Source: Squalus acanthias
Lineage: Eukaryota
Length of the DNA stretch: 64,000 nt
Assembly (NCBI GenBank): GCA_030390025.1
Contig: CM059432.1
Location: 116,624,001 to 116,688,000, forward strand
Reading direction: 5' to 3'
The notes below the pieces were generated by a model. The model had not been told where the DNA came from and did no database searches. It saw nothing but the letters and a program-made list of their open reading frames with translations. A program made the translations under genes and the position numbers. Within the stretch, counting starts at the first letter, position 1, and every line of letters starts with the position of its first letter. This document shows positions 38,290 through 51,711 of this stretch, one piece after another.

Positions 38290-38986
38290 CATAAGAACAT
38301 AAGAACATAAGAAATAGGAGCAGGAGTAGGCCAATCGGCCCCTCGAGCCTGCTCCGCCATTCAATAAGATCATGGCTGATCTGATCCTAACCGCCAATCT
38401 ACTATCTATCACAGAACCATCTCCTGCATCTAACAGAATTGCACACACGAAATAGGAGCAGGATCAGGCTACACGGCCCCTGGGCCCGCTCCACTACCCA
38501 CAGGGCCATGACCGATCCGAACCTGGACTCATGTCCAAATTCCTGCCCGCTCCCCGTAACCCTTAATGCCCTTTACTTCTAGGAAACTGTCTATTTCTGT
38601 TTTAAATTTAATTAATGTTGTAGCTTCTACAGCTTTTTGTGGCAGCATATTCCATGGACCTACCACCCTCTGAGTGAAGTAGTTCCTCCTCATCTCAGTT
38701 TTGAAAGAGCAGCCCCTTATTCTAAGACTATGTCCCCTAGTTCTCGTCTCACCCGTCATCGGGAACATCCTCCCCGCATCCACCCGATCCAACCCCTTCA
38801 CAATCTTATATGTTTCAATAAGATCGCCTCTCATTCTTCTGAACTCCAATGAGTAGAGTCCCAATCTACCCAACCTCTCCTCATATGACCACCCCCTCAT
38901 CCCCGGGATTAACCGAGTGAACCTTTTTTGCACTGCCTCGAGAGCAAGGATGTCTTTCCTTAAGTAAGGACACCAAAACTGTATGC
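38290..38986 (-). mobile_element. 5'-truncated CR1 LINE (double-tail subfamily)
   Basis: Translation identical to the end of the 13481-15263 ORF; same two-module 3' UTR. Confidence 0.95.
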
Positions 38987-40395
38987 TTGCACCGTGACGC
39001 AAACTGGTATCATGATGGGACTAATGGATTCTGGAATAGGAATCACTCATTTCAGCCTCTTGGAGGAAGAAAAGGAGCAAAGAAAGGATACCAAGCAGGC
39101 CCTGCGGCACCAGGGGAGGCCTGTGCCCACCTGCCAGTATGTGCATGCTTGCATCTGCTCCGAGGAGTACATACTTAACTTGACATATGATCACTGAGTG
39201 CGCCGTATCCTAACCTCAAGAGAGCCTGTGGTAACAGACTCAGGGGCACAGATAGAAAGCAAGGTCTGACTAACTCTAATGTTGGAAAGCTGTCTAGAAG
39301 CACCCTAATCATGTCATGCTTTCAACGATAGTGCATGGAAGAAGGTATGCCAGGGTGCTTCACTACCAGCAATGCTTTCCCAAACCAATGATTTATTGTA
39401 AAAGTACCTAAAGGGTACAGATCAAGAGTACAAATATGCTCATTACTTTCATTACTAATGAGTTTAGTATTCTTTAAGCAGAATTTAAAATTCTGGAAAG
39501 AGTGTAAACTGCTATATGCTACAGAGCAGTGCAGTCAAGCATGTAGAAAGACATAAGGCAAGTTAATATGGCTTTGAATTGGAAGGGGAAACAGTGGACT
39601 ATGACTGGGAGAAACCTGCAGGAAAATGGGGGAGCCAGCTCGGGTCTGAAGTGATTCATTCAATGTTGATTGCCAAATCTTACTTCTTCCCTTCTGTGCA
39701 TTTCCAGCATTTTCTGTTTTATTTTCAGATTTCCAGGATTCATGATTTTATTTTATTATTGCAATTTTTTAATCGAAATGAATCTGGCAGTTATGAGGGC
39801 AGTTGTTGTAATGTAACTTTTGAACATTCCAGCCTGGCTCTTACTTATAACCCTGATGAACTTTTTTGCTCTCATGTTTCCACAGTCACAAAAATGTACC
39901 CCTGCCATTGCCGCACAAAGCGACATTCATAAGTATTAGTCTGGCTGCCACCACATGGGCTAAATATTCAGCTGAGATAAATAGGCAGATTTGCTGCTTT
40001 TAACAATCCATTATCACCTACCGAGAGCAAAATTTAGGCCCGAATATACAAATGTTCTCAAACTTCAATTTACCTGATTGCCAGAATTGAGTTATTCCCT
40101 ATTTATTGATGAAACCATTTCACTGGATGAAGTGGGGACAAGTTAAAATGGATAAAGCGAGGAGCCTGGTTGAGTTTGAATGTACATCATCAGCACAGCA
40201 TTGCAGTTGAAAGCAGGGCGAGTCGCACAAACCTTTGAACACTTGCATTTTAATAAGCAATGATTCCATAGCTGTCTGAATTTTTCTTTAAAAATTGTTT
40301 GCCGTTAATCAGTTATAGCTTGGATTCACTTGTGTGATTTTATTATCTGAAGTGAACCCTTTTTGTTTTGCTTGTATCACTTTTCCAGAAAAAGC

Positions 40396-40496
40396 TCAAT
40401 TCTCCATGTTCTGATGGAGAGGGTGTTTGAAATGTCTCCAAGTAACTATGGCAACACGTGCTGCAAAGGCAGCGCAGGCAGTGGCCAGCAGCACAG
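40396..40496 (-). CDS. Last coding exon of a multi-pass membrane protein (resembles the zebrafish si:ch211-161h7.5 family, TspO-like)
   Basis: Polypyrimidine tract plus CAG acceptor; phase 1 fits the upstream exon; AVLLATACAAFAARVAIVTWRHFKHPLHQNMEN*. Confidence 0.9.
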
Positions 40497-40667
40497 CTGG
40501 GGGGGAGAAAAAAATCAGAGTTAATAGTTCACATTTCAATTGCACGATGAATACAATGTACAATGGGGAGAAAATGTCAAAGTAAAACACAGCATTGTTT
40601 TAATTCTATCACGATTCATGTGGTCTCCGGGTTAACTCTTTGCTTTTCTCTGGAATATTTTCATTTC

Positions 40668-40784
40668 AGAATTAAGGGATACGGGGATGGGGCTGGAAAG
40701 TGGATTTGAGGTAGATCAGCCATGATCTTATTGAATGGCGGAGCAGGCTCGAGGGGCCTTATGGCCAATTCCTGCTCCTATTTC
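40668..40784 (+). mobile_element. CR1 3' tail fragment
   Basis: ATTAAGGGATACGGGG..GATCAGCCATGATCTTATTGAATGGCGGAGCAGGCTCGAGGGG. Confidence 0.85.
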
Positions 40785-40786
40785 AT

Positions 40787-41215
40787 ACATAGAAACATAG
40801 AATCTAGGAGCAGGAGTAGGCCATTCGGCCCATCGAGCCTGCTCCACCATTCAATACGATCATGGCTGATCATCCAAATCCAGTACCCTATCCCTGCTTT
40901 AATCCCCACAGTACACATATCCCACCCTACCCCCGTAACCCCACGTATTTAATTCCCCCTAACATATCCCATCCTATCCCCATAACCCCACATATTTAAT
41001 CCCCCCTAACACTAAGGGTCAATTTATCATAGCCAAATCAACCTAACCCACACATTTTTGGACTGTGGGAGGAAACCGGAGCACCCGGAGGAAACCCACG
41101 CAGACACGGGGAGAATGTGCAAACTCCACACAGACAGTCACCCGAGGTCAGATTCGAACCCGGGTCCCTGGCGCTGTGAGGCACCAGTGCTAACCACTAT
41201 GCCACCGTGTTGCCC
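40787..41215 (-). mobile_element. HE1-type V-SINE
   Basis: tRNA head (GGCATAGTGG, GGTTCGAATC), V-domain GGAGTTTGCACATTCTCCCCGTGTCTGCGTGGGTTTCCTCCGGGTGCTCCGGTTTCCTCCCAC, and HER1-like tail. Confidence 0.92.
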
Positions 41216-41299
41216 ATTCTTACGTTCTTACTTCCACTAGACCAAGCCCAAAAACTAACAGTTCATCCCATCTGACTTCTTTAGAGGTTGATTTGTGTG

Positions 41300-41530
41300 T
41301 GTGGACCAGTAAGCTTCTTCCTTATTTAAAGCCAGGTGCGGGGAAGATGAGTGACTGCATTGACTCACCAGGCAAACTGCCTTCATGCAGCTGGCACTGG
41401 TGGTTTTACTGGAGTGTCGTCCTCAGCTCCAAATAAGTTGTATGCCCTTCAGTGTACCTCCTGCTGCAGGACCTCCAGCTCTTCATCAATGAGAGCACTG
41501 TTGTCCGCGTGTCTCTTCTGTGCCACTGTA
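41300..41530 (-). pseudogene. Decayed Myb/SANT-like exon (Harbinger type)
   Basis: Manual translation IDEELEVLQQEVH*RAYNLFG..VNAVTHLPRTWL*IRKK. Confidence 0.65.
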
Positions 41531-41949
41531 AACAATTAGTTCACTTCGGCACAAACCTTAGCTGGAAATTCCTGCACCCTCTGGCGGTACCATTTCAAAT
41601 GCTATATACAATCATTTTCTTTTTGCACACAATGGACCCAATTTTAAGTCAGCCCGCCCAGCATAAATGAGGTGGTCGTGGCCCAAAATGAGTGTTGCAT
41701 CAGTTTATGCTGGTGCTACAGCTGCCGCCATCTTGGAAAGGTCCTTTCGATGGGCAGCCGGAACCTGCACCTGTTTTAGCAGGAGGCCCTTTGAATATGC
41801 AAACCAGGGTCCTATTGCATACATAGGACCTGACTTCAATGTTGAGTGACAAATTGGGGGAGCATGCACTGCACACACTCCGCCCATTTGTCCCACATGG
41901 TAATTTCAAAAAGTGGCCCCAAATTTTTTTTGATTTCATCAGAATATTG

Positions 41950-42730
41950 TGGGCTAGTGCAGATGGGGCTCGCTCCCCGCCGCAATTGGTTTCCCTCCCT
42001 CCCCCTGGACCTTCCTGCCTTCTGGCTGGATCACTCTGCTGTTGTGGGATACTCAGTGGGGTCAGCAGACATGGATGCGGTGGATCACCTGGTTCTCCTG
42101 CAAACCAGTCATCTCGTGTCTCTCCTCCTTCAAATAATGTGGGCACCGTGGACTATTGCATGATGAAGGCAGCACGGCTGTTTCTTGGGAGATTAGCCAC
42201 TGTCGTGCATGATAATATATCTGTGGTCAACTCAGCATTAATTGAGTGCAAACCCCATCTCTTTGTGAAGGCCATAAATTTGAGATGATGAGACCCGATG
42301 CCCACTTGGTTACCATTTGCGACTCTTTGCACTCGAGGGAACCCTGCCAGCCACTGATAACTGTGCAACTGATGGCTTCTTCCACAGGAAAACTGATGAA
42401 GTTCTTGCCCCTTGCAAAGATAGCAGGCAGCACCTCCTGAATGCATGTGTACAGCACTGCAGGCTGCCTGATGTGGCATATGCCCCCTGCAATGGCCTCA
42501 AAAGGATCCTGTGGCATAAAAGCACAATGCAGTTTGTCACCTTTCCAGAAACAGGAAGTGCTGTTGCAATCCTTGACGTGGTCTACAATTCAGATTCCAG
42601 CAGATGGAACAGCTCAGTCATCTGCAGTGAGGCGGAGGCACTGAACACAGGTTACATCCGACAAGCCCAAGTAGGAGTGGCATGGTCTTTACACCTATAT
42701 CATGAGGAGTGGCAGATCAGCACATAACCC
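41950..42730 (-). pseudogene. Decayed Harbinger transposase
   Basis: LAGFPRVQ, GLHSINAEL, ANLPRNSRAAFIMQ and WFAGEPG align with motifs of the 18030-19181 transposase. Confidence 0.7.
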
Positions 42731-43760
42731 TCAAAGTGCCTTTGGACCGTCAGATGATATTCCGTAATAAAATGACCCTCCTCACCCAGACTAAGCACAA
42801 GAGCAGGAGCTGACAGCACAGGCCCTTTCTCCCAATCTCACTAGGTGCTATTTGTCAGGGGATTCACAGCCAACATTAAGATTAGATACAAGGTGAGCAT
42901 CAGGGAGAAGGAATTAAAATTGCACAGCAATTAATGCTGATCCCTGAAAATGTTCCCACAAAAAATGATGATGATTCAAAAAAGAAGCACGTAACTCCAA
43001 CAAGCCATCTTTACGAAGGCAGGTGAGCAGACCTGACCAATTTCAGTCTGTTTTTAGGGGCAAGGCTCGCACTGTTGTCATTACCTTACCCAAAATGATA
43101 AAATATGGCTGAGGTCTTTCGAAGCTTAACTTAAATATGTTTGAGGCCCACGCATAGCTAAAGTGCGAGCCTCAAAAATGCCGTCAAGTTGTGCCATGCA
43201 AAATGGAGTGGTGTTGGACTGGGGCACATGGTGTCCTGGCACTAATTACCGTGACCCATGTTAGTCGTGCGTGAAGCCCCAGAAGCAGCACAGGTTCATG
43301 CAAAATTGGGGCCGGGATGCTTTTCCACTTTGCGCCTACCGAGAGCATCAAAAGAACATCCCCTCATTGCCATGTTACAGAGTTCAACCTCAGGACTGCA
43401 CCAACACTTTTGCTTAAAATAATTCTAATTCCCTCTATTCTTGTGGTCTCCTCTTGGGATGGGTCAATTATTGCCAACTGCAGCAAACTAAAAGGCAAAT
43501 GTGTGCTGCTGACTGGGACTTTGACTAGAAAACTGCCAAAAGCACTGCGTTTAGAATCCTTAACAGCTAAAACAGTGTGGAAGCCGCCACCCCATCGGTC
43601 CCACATCTTATTCCGGGAATATCATGAATGAAACACATTCCAGTGATGGACTATGCTGACTGAGGAATTAGTCATACCTTTATTGGAACAGGGAGGGGTC
43701 AAATATACCAACTGATGTGAATAAAATAAAACTGCAAAATTGCAAATACCTGACTAATTC

Positions 43761-44350
43761 TTGCTACAACTGTACAGGGCGTTGGTGAGACCACACCTGG
43801 AGTACTGCGTACAGATTTGGTCTCCTTATTTAAGGAGGGTTATACTTGCATTGGAGGGTGTCCAGCGAAGGTTCACTAGGTTGATTCCTGAGATGAAAGG
43901 GTTGTCATATGAGGAAAGATTGAGCAGGTTGGGCCTATACTCATTGGAGTTTAGAAGAATGAGAGGTGATCTTATTGAAACATATAAGATTCTGAGGGGG
44001 CTTGACTGGCTAGATGCTGAGAAGATGTTTCCCCTTGTGGGGGAATCTAGAACTAGGGGGCAGAGTTTCAGAATAAGGGGTCGCCCATTTAAGACGGAGA
44101 TGAGGAGGAATTTCTTCTCTGAGGGTTGTGAATCTTTGGAATTCTCTACTCCAGAGAGCTGTGGAGGCGGAGTCATTGAATATATTCAAGGCTGAGTTAG
44201 ACAGATATTTGAGCTACAAGGGAGTCGAGGGTTATGGGGAACAGGCAGGAAAGTGGAGTTGAGGCCAAGATCAGATCTGCCATGATCTTATTGAATGGCG
44301 GAGCAGGCTCGAGAGGCCTACTCCTGCTCCTATTTCTTATGGTCTTACGT
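43761..44350 (+). mobile_element. 5'-truncated CR1 LINE
   Basis: LYRALVRPHLEYCVQ..RGDLIETYKI plus single tail. Confidence 0.93.
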
Positions 44351-45065
44351 AATTGTAGCTGCAGTTTGCACTGACTGGCAGAGAACTACAGAGGAAGAGG
44401 TCCTCCATGTGCTAAATGTAATGCAATCATCACACTATTGTAACAACAAAATCTTCCTCACAGTGATTATTTGGCTGGTACCTGCTAGTGTTTTTTCCCC
44501 GGGGAGGTGGGGGGGAAGAATACACATAAATGTTACAGCTGGTGTGATATCCTGTTGATGACAGGATAGTGTTGCAATGTAATGGTTCAAAGGTCACAAA
44601 ATAATTCCAGCTGCTGTGGTTGGAATAAAGCCAGCTTCAAACTTGTCTTGTGCCCACTATTGGAGATAAAATCACCTGAAGGGAAATATTTGCCCACCAG
44701 GTCACTCTAACTACTAACCTCACTTTCGCAAATATCCTGGTGGCAACTCTTCACAATTCGCCCTAGGGGAGAATATTAAGACAGCTATTCCATTTCTGCT
44801 GTTGCCACTATCACATGACTCTCAGATACTGTTGGCAAGAAACTCTGTGGCTTCTTCTGTATTTTTTAGGACACTTGTGTAAATGGGCTTGGATAAATTC
44901 TTGTGTGCACTACTTCAACTCATTCATTAAACAGGTCAATGATTGCCATGAAATTGCGCAGACAGGAATTTACGCAAAATGCATTAACCGGTCCTCTAAA
45001 AATACTACACAGAGGAAATGAAAGCCACTGGTATCTTACCATTAATTAGCTTGGTCATAACTCAC

Positions 45066-45205
45066 CAATATAGATGTTGTTCCTGGTTGGAGACATGGCA
45101 TTGAAATTTTTGTCGAAAGATCCTGACAATGCCACAATGATGACTGGATAGATTGTAAGTGTGTAGCGCACATACTTATCAAGCAGAAAATTTTCCAAAT
45201 AAAAC
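45066..45205 (-). CDS. Penultimate coding exon of the membrane-protein gene
   Basis: CAG acceptor and GTGAGT donor; (W)FYLENFLLDKYVRYTLTIYPVIIVALSGSFDKNFNAMSPTRNNIYI; phases 2/1. Confidence 0.92.
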
Positions 45206-46189
45206 CTGTGGACAAAAATAAAAATTAATACTTTATTTATGTCAATACAGTAGTCTGGCAAATGATATTAAATTGCATTAATGCTATAGTTAGTTTGACA
45301 CAAGTAACTGCTGTATAGCGGTGTGAGCCAGCAGTATCGCGTTATACTGCAGCTCTACAGCACCCTCCAATCAAGGGAAAGCATGCTCATGTTACTTACT
45401 TGCCTACACAATGTTCTGCTAACTGACATCCAACATCAGTGAAATTTTTAATGCAGTGAACAGCAATCTGCCAATTTTCTTCCATCCTCACCCCTCCCTC
45501 CTCTGCTGAAGGCACCAACTCCTTGCTGGGGTATGGGCTCAACTCACCATTCAGTACCAGCCCATTCTTCATATGTGAGCCTAGGCAGTGTGTATCGATG
45601 GGCTAGATGACAGCCTAGTCTGATTCCAACGTCCACGTATGTGGATTTCATGGCGTGTCATTGAAGCAGGATCCCTGGTCAACTTTCCCCATCCTATTTT
45701 GGGGCAGTTCTAACTGATGCTTCAGCCAAGATTAGCTAGGGCAAAACTTGGCTCTGAATAAGAAACTGGCTAAAGGATAGAAGACAACTCATACTGGTTA
45801 AAAGAGTACGATTAAGGTGGGAAAGGGGAAGTACTGGGTGCGGTACACCAATGACTTGGATTCTGAAATTCAATACAAATTGGTTAAATTTGCAGATGAT
45901 ACCAAACTGGGAGAGGCAGTGGAATTGAAGGAGGCAGCTCAGAAATGACAGAATGAGCTAAACAAAATGTGTGTGAGTAGCTGAACAATGGCAGGTTACA
46001 TTTGTTGCAGACAAGTGTAAAGTATTGCACATAGCATAAAAAAATGGACAACATGCATACTTCATGAATGGTGTTGAAGTAGCCAAGGATGAAGTTGAAA
46101 GAGACCTAGGAGTCTTAGTAGACTCCATGCTCAACATGTGCAGTCAATGCAGAGCAGCGATCAACAAAGCCAATAGGATGATGAACTAT

Positions 46190-48534
46190 CGGCACGATGC
46201 TGAGCTCTTTTTCCGTCGCCTTCGTCTCCGTGCCCACTTCTTTGGCCAGGAGTCTTCCCCCCCACACAGCAGACACTTTCTCCCGCTTTCAAAATTCTCG
46301 TTCTACTTGGACCCCTCCCTCTGGCCTCTTACCCTCTCTAGATCTTTTCATTGCTAACTGCCGACGTGACATTGGCCGTCTCAATTTCTCTGCTCCCCTC
46401 TCTCACTCCAACCTACCTCCCTCTGAACTTGCAGCACTCCGTTCTCTCCGATCCAACCCTAACATTATCATTAAACCTGCTGATAAGGGTGGTGCTGTTG
46501 TTGTTTGGCGAACCGACCTCTACCGTGCGGAAGCTGAACGCCAACTCTCCAACACCTCCTCCTGGACCATGACCCCACTAGCAAACATCAAGCCATTGTT
46601 TCCAAGACTGTCACTGACCTCATCTCCTCTGGAGATCTTCCCTCCATGGCCGCCAACCTCATAGTCCCCCAACCCCGCACAGCCCGCTTCAACCTCCTTC
46701 CCAAGATCCACAAACAGGACTGCCCTGGTAGACCCATCGTTTCAGCCTGTTCTTGCCCCACGGAACTTATCTCTTCCTATCTCGACTCTATTTTTTCTCC
46801 CCTTGTCCCGTCTCTTCCCACCTATATTTGCGACTCTTCCGACGCCCTCCGTCACTTTAACAGTTTCCAGTTTCCTGGCCCCAACCGTCTCCTTTTCACT
46901 ATGGATGTCCAATCCCTCTACACCTCCATCCCCCACCAGGATGGCCTGAGGGCGCTCCGTTTCTTCCTTGCACAGAGGCCCAACCAGTCCCCATCCACCA
47001 CCACCCTTCTCCGCCTGGCTGAACTTGTTCTCACATTGAACAACTTCTCCTCTGACTCCACTCACTTCCTCCAAATTAAAGGTGTTGCTATGGGAACCTG
47101 CATGGGTCCCAGCTATGACTGCCTTTTCATGGGATATGTGGAACATTCTTTGTTCCAGTCCTACTCAGGTCCCCTCCCTCACCTCTTTTTCCGGTACATC
47201 GATGACTGTATCAGTGCTGTTTCCTGCTCTCGCCCTGAACTAGATAAGTTCATTCACTTTACTTCCAATTTCCACCCTTCCCTCACCTTCACATGGTCCA
47301 TCTCCGATTCTTCCCTTCCCTTCTTTGACTTCTCCGTCTCCATTTCTGGCAATCGGCTTTCGACAAACATCCACTACAAGCCCACTGACTCCCACAGCTA
47401 CCTGGACTACACTTCCTCCCACCCCGCTTCCTGTAAGGACTCTATTCCATTCTCCCAGTTTCTCCGTCTCCGCCGCGTCTGTTCTGACGATGCCACCTTC
47501 CTTACCAGTGCTTCAGACATGTCTTCCTTTTTCCTCAACCGAGGATTCCCCTCTACTGTGGTTGACACGGCCCTTGACCGTGTCCATTCCATTTCCCGCA
47601 CTTCTGCTCTCACCCCTTCCCCTCCCTCCCAGAACCACGATAGGGTTCCCCTTGTCCTCACCTTTCACCCCACCAGCCTCCACATTCAACGGATCATCCT
47701 CCGCCATTTCCGCCACCTCCAACGTGATCCCACCACCAAACACATCTTCCCCTCACCTCCCCTTTCAGCGTTCCGAAGGAACCACTCCCTCCGTGACACC
47801 CTGGTCCACTCCTCAATCACACCGAACAGCCCTTCTCCTTCGCCTGGCACCTTCCCGTGCAAGCGCAGGAGATGCAACACATGCCCTTATACCTCCTCCC
47901 TTCCCACTGTCCAGGGCCCCAAACACCCCTTCCAGGTGAAACAGCGATTTACTTGTACTTCTTGCAATTTAATATACTGTATTCGCTGCTCATGATGCGG
48001 TCTCCTCTACATTGGGGAGACCAATCGCAGATTGGGTGATCGCTTTGCGGAACACCTCCGTTCAGTCCATAAGGGTGACCCTGAGCTTCCACTTTAATTC
48101 TCCGCTTCACTCCCACTCTGATCTCTCTGTCCTCGGCCTATTACATTGTTCCAATGAAGCTCAACGTAAGCTCGAGGAACAGCACCTCATCTTTCGATTA
48201 GGCACTTTACAGCCTTCCGGACTCAACATCGAGTTCAACAATTTCAGACAATAACCCCTGCCCCCATTTTTCATGCTGTATGATTTTGCCATTCCCATTT
48301 GTAACATTTTATCTTTCCTGCCTCTTACATAAGCACAGTTTGTTCTTTCAATTCCTTCCTCCCCTCCTAAACCTTGCCCCCCCCCGCCCCGGTCTCTGCA
48401 CCTGCTTAATATCTGTTACATCTCCAGCTTTTTCCAGTTCTGATGAAGGGTCCCAGACCTGAAACGTTAACTCTTTCTCACTCCATGGATGCTGCCTGGC
48501 CTGCTGAGTATTTCCAGCATTTTCTGTTGTTATT
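46190..48534 (+). mobile_element. 5'-truncated Penelope-like element (RT plus GIY-YIG endonuclease)
   Basis: IKPADKGG, LPKIHK..PGRPIVS, DVQSLYT, GVAMG, RYIDD, NLIYCIRC..LYIGET; 16-bp TSD TAGGATGATGAACTAT at 46174-46189 and 48535-48550. Confidence 0.95.
48435..48474 (+). ncRNA. Minimal hammerhead ribozyme motif in the PLE 3' end
   Basis: AGTT-CTGATGA-AGGGTC(CCA)GACCT-GAAAC-GTTA-ACT: both core boxes, stem II and a palindromic stem III. Confidence 0.75.
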
Positions 48535-49390
48535 TAGGATGATGAACTATATAGCTGGAACAGTATAGAAGCCAGAGGAAGTCGTGACCAAACTGATCAG
48601 ACCACATCTTGAGTACTGTGTCCACTTCTGATTGCCGAGAAATATTCAAGCACTGGAGGCAGTGCAGAGAAGTGCCACGAGGTTACTCCCTAGTGTCAGG
48701 GGTTTGAATTATGAGGGATTAATAGAGACTTGGGCTTTTCAGCTCGGAAATGAGGCATCCCAGAAGTGATCTTATAGACGGATATAAAATAGTAAATGGT
48801 ATGGAAAAAGTTGATACGGAATAACTGTGGAAGTAGCTCAAGGTTCAAACCTAGTAAAAGGCAGTTTTAGGTTCTTCTTCACGCAGACAGTGATCAACAT
48901 GTGGAATGGGTCCTTGAGCAGAGTGGTGGAGCCAAAAACCCTGGAATCATTGAAGAAACTATTAGATGTAGCAATGGGGGCAGGGAGAAGAGTGTAGGGT
49001 TGTTCTGGACAGCTGTATTAAAATAGGCTGAATGGCTTTCATCATCTGGAAGAACCTTGTGATTTTGCGAATTCAGCGGAATTTTAGTGAAAATAATAGT
49101 GAGAACTATTCTTGGTTTTAAACCAAGTCCTGACACAAATCAGCATTTCCATAACTAGCTAGGCCATCAGGGAAGCTCTTTACTAGCATTAGATAGTTAA
49201 AGCCTGCTCATTGAAACTTCTTAAACCTCAACATTAAATTAGTAATCAGGAACCCTGACTAATTTTTCCTCTCCAAGGGCACTGAAGCGAATTGTGGCGT
49301 CCCAACTGAGGTCAGTGAACTCAGGCAGTCTGAAAAGTGGACATGTGACCTTCTGTTTTCTAAGCGCTAGTGCCACGCGACGTGGTGCAT

Positions 49391-51075
49391 TCAACAACAA
49401 CAACTTGTATTTATATAGCACCTTTAGCGTAGTAAAACATCCCAAGGTGTTTCACAGGAGCGTTATAAAACAAAATCTGACACCGAGCCACATAAGGAGA
49501 TATCAGTGCAGATGACCAAAAGCTTGGTCAAAGAGGTAGATTTTAAGGAGCGTCTTAAAAGAGGGTAGAGAGGTGGAGAGGTTTAGACAGGGAATTCCAG
49601 AGTTTAGGGCCTAGGCAGCTGAAGGCACGGCCACAAATGGTGGCACGATTAAAATCGGGGATGCGCAAGCGGCCAGAATTGGAGGAGGAGCAGAGATCTC
49701 GGAGAGTTTTGGGGCTGGAGGAGATTACAGCGATAGGGAGGGGCAAGGCCATGAAAGGATTTGAAAACAAGGAGGAGAATTTTTAAATTGAGACGTTGCT
49801 TAACCAGGAGCCAATGTAGGACAGCGAGCACAGGGGTGATGGATGAACAGGACTTGGTGCGAGTTAGGACACGGGCAGCAGAGTTTTGGATGACCTCAAG
49901 TTTACGTAGGGTAGAATGTGGGAGGTTGGCCAGTTGTGTTGGAATAGTCAAGTCTAGAGGTAACAAAGGCCTGGATGAGGGTTTCAGCAGCAGATAAGCT
50001 GAGGCAGGGGCAGAGTTGGGCGATGTTCTGGAGGTGGAACTAGGTGGTCTTAGTGGCATGGATATGTGGTCAAAAGCTCATCTCGGGGTCAAAGAGGACA
50101 CCAAGTTTTGAACAGTCTGGTTCAGCCTCAGACTATTGCCAGGGAGAGGGATGCAGTCGGTGACTAGGGAATGGAGTTTGTGGCGGGGACTGAAGACAAT
50201 GGTTTCAGTCTTCCCAATACTTAGTTGGAGGAAATTTCTGTTCATCCAGTACTGGATGTCGGACAAGCAGTCTGACAATTTAGAGACAGTGGAAGGGTCG
50301 AGAGAGGTGGTGGTAGTGAGGTAGAGCTGGGTGTCGGCAGCGTATGTGGAAACTGACGCTGTGTTTTCAGATGATGTCGTCGAGGGGCAGCTTGTAGATG
50401 AGAAATGGGAGGGAGACACCAGAGGTAATGGTGCAGGAGCGGGAAGAGAAGCCATTGCAGGTGATTCTCTGGATACGATTAGAATGCAACCAGGAGAGTG
50501 CAGTCCCACCCAGTTGGACGATGATGGAGAGGCGTTGGAGGAGGATGGTGGGGTCAACCATGTCAAAGGCTGCAGACAGGTCGAGAAGGACGAGGAGGGA
50601 TAGTTTACCTTTGTCACAGTCACATAGGATGTCATTTGTGACTTTGATAAGAGCCGTTTCGGTACTGTGGCGGGCGGAAACCTGATTGGAGGGATTCAGA
50701 CATGGAGTTCCGAGAAAGATGGGCACGGATTTGGCAGGCGACAGCATGTTCAAGGACTTAAGAGGAAAGGGAGGACGGAGATGGGGCGGTAGTTTGCAAG
50801 GACCAAGGGGGTCAAGGATTGTTTTATTGAGGATAGGGTGATGATGGCAGATTTGAAGGAGAGGAGGACAGTGCCCGAGGAGAGAGAGCAGTTAACAATA
50901 TCAGCTAACATGGGAGCCAGGAAGGGAAGTTGGGTGGTCAGCAGTTTAGTTCGAATAGGGTCGAGGGAGCAGAAAGTGGGTCGCATGGTCAAAATGAGCT
51001 TGGAGAGAACATGAGGCGAGATCGGAGAGAAACTGGAGAAAGATTAGAGTTCAGGTCTAGGGCAGTGGGGAACCT
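49391..51075 (-). mobile_element. L2 LINE, RT to 3' end
   Basis: HSTETALIKVTNDIL, LLDLSAAFD, LHWL.V; tail GTGCTATATAAATACAAG(TTG)n. Confidence 0.92.
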
Positions 51076-51157
51076 ACAAAGTCACAGGGAAATCTACTAA
51101 TGAAAATTTTATTACCAGATAGTTGGGATTTCATTATAAAATTGTACCTGTACATAC

Positions 51158-51306
51158 CATAAAACTACTTCGAAGGCCAGGATGGAAAGCGAAACTGTAC
51201 CAGATGTCAAAGTGGTAATACTTCCACTATAAGTTAGTACAATAGCAAAGTTAAGTAGTGTTGCTATGGTTGTCCACGTTGCATAAACTGCTACTCCATT
51301 CTGTAC
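51158..51306 (-). CDS. Internal coding exon of the membrane-protein gene
   Basis: TAG acceptor and GTATGT donor; VQNGVAVYATWTTIATLLNFAIVLTYSGSITTLTSGTVSLSILAFEVVL; phases 0/2. Confidence 0.92.
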
Positions 51307-51711
51307 CTATAAGATATACGATGTGAACAGTAAGGAGGCAGTCTGTTTCTCAGACAGTAAAGTATGTAAATTCTTACAGTAACAATTACATTGTGCTGTT
51401 GCTTCTGCAGACTAGCAGCAGAACCAGAATAGTAGATTTAATGTCCTGAGAAGGTGAAATGCTCCAAGACACAATTGAGATTGTCGCTCAGGATGCAGCT
51501 ACTTCTCGTGTTTACAAAACATACACTCACACCGAATATAAGCCTATGTTGGAACTCTTAACATGCTTGTAAATGATCGCTTTGTCCCCTTTTTAGTGAG
51601 GGCATTACCCATTTAAAATAAACAGATTAATGTCCACGTTAAAGTACTGGACGGAAGGATTTCATACAAATGTGTTAAGCATCTGACCATTAATATTAGC
51701 AGCAGTAATTG

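Larger units (their letters stand above)
45765..49065 (+). mobile_element. Old CR1 LINE split by the Penelope-like element
   Basis: KFADDTKLG and ERDLGVLVD before 46190; RPHLEYCV and tail after 48550. Confidence 0.75.

Noticed and set aside
38995..39235. Possible Harbinger transposase N-terminal remnant
   Set aside because: Similarity (TYLNLTYDH*VRR) is too weak to call by eye.
40339..40344. AATAAA as the gene's poly(A) signal
   Set aside because: Several equivalent hexamers lie further downstream; cannot choose without transcript data.
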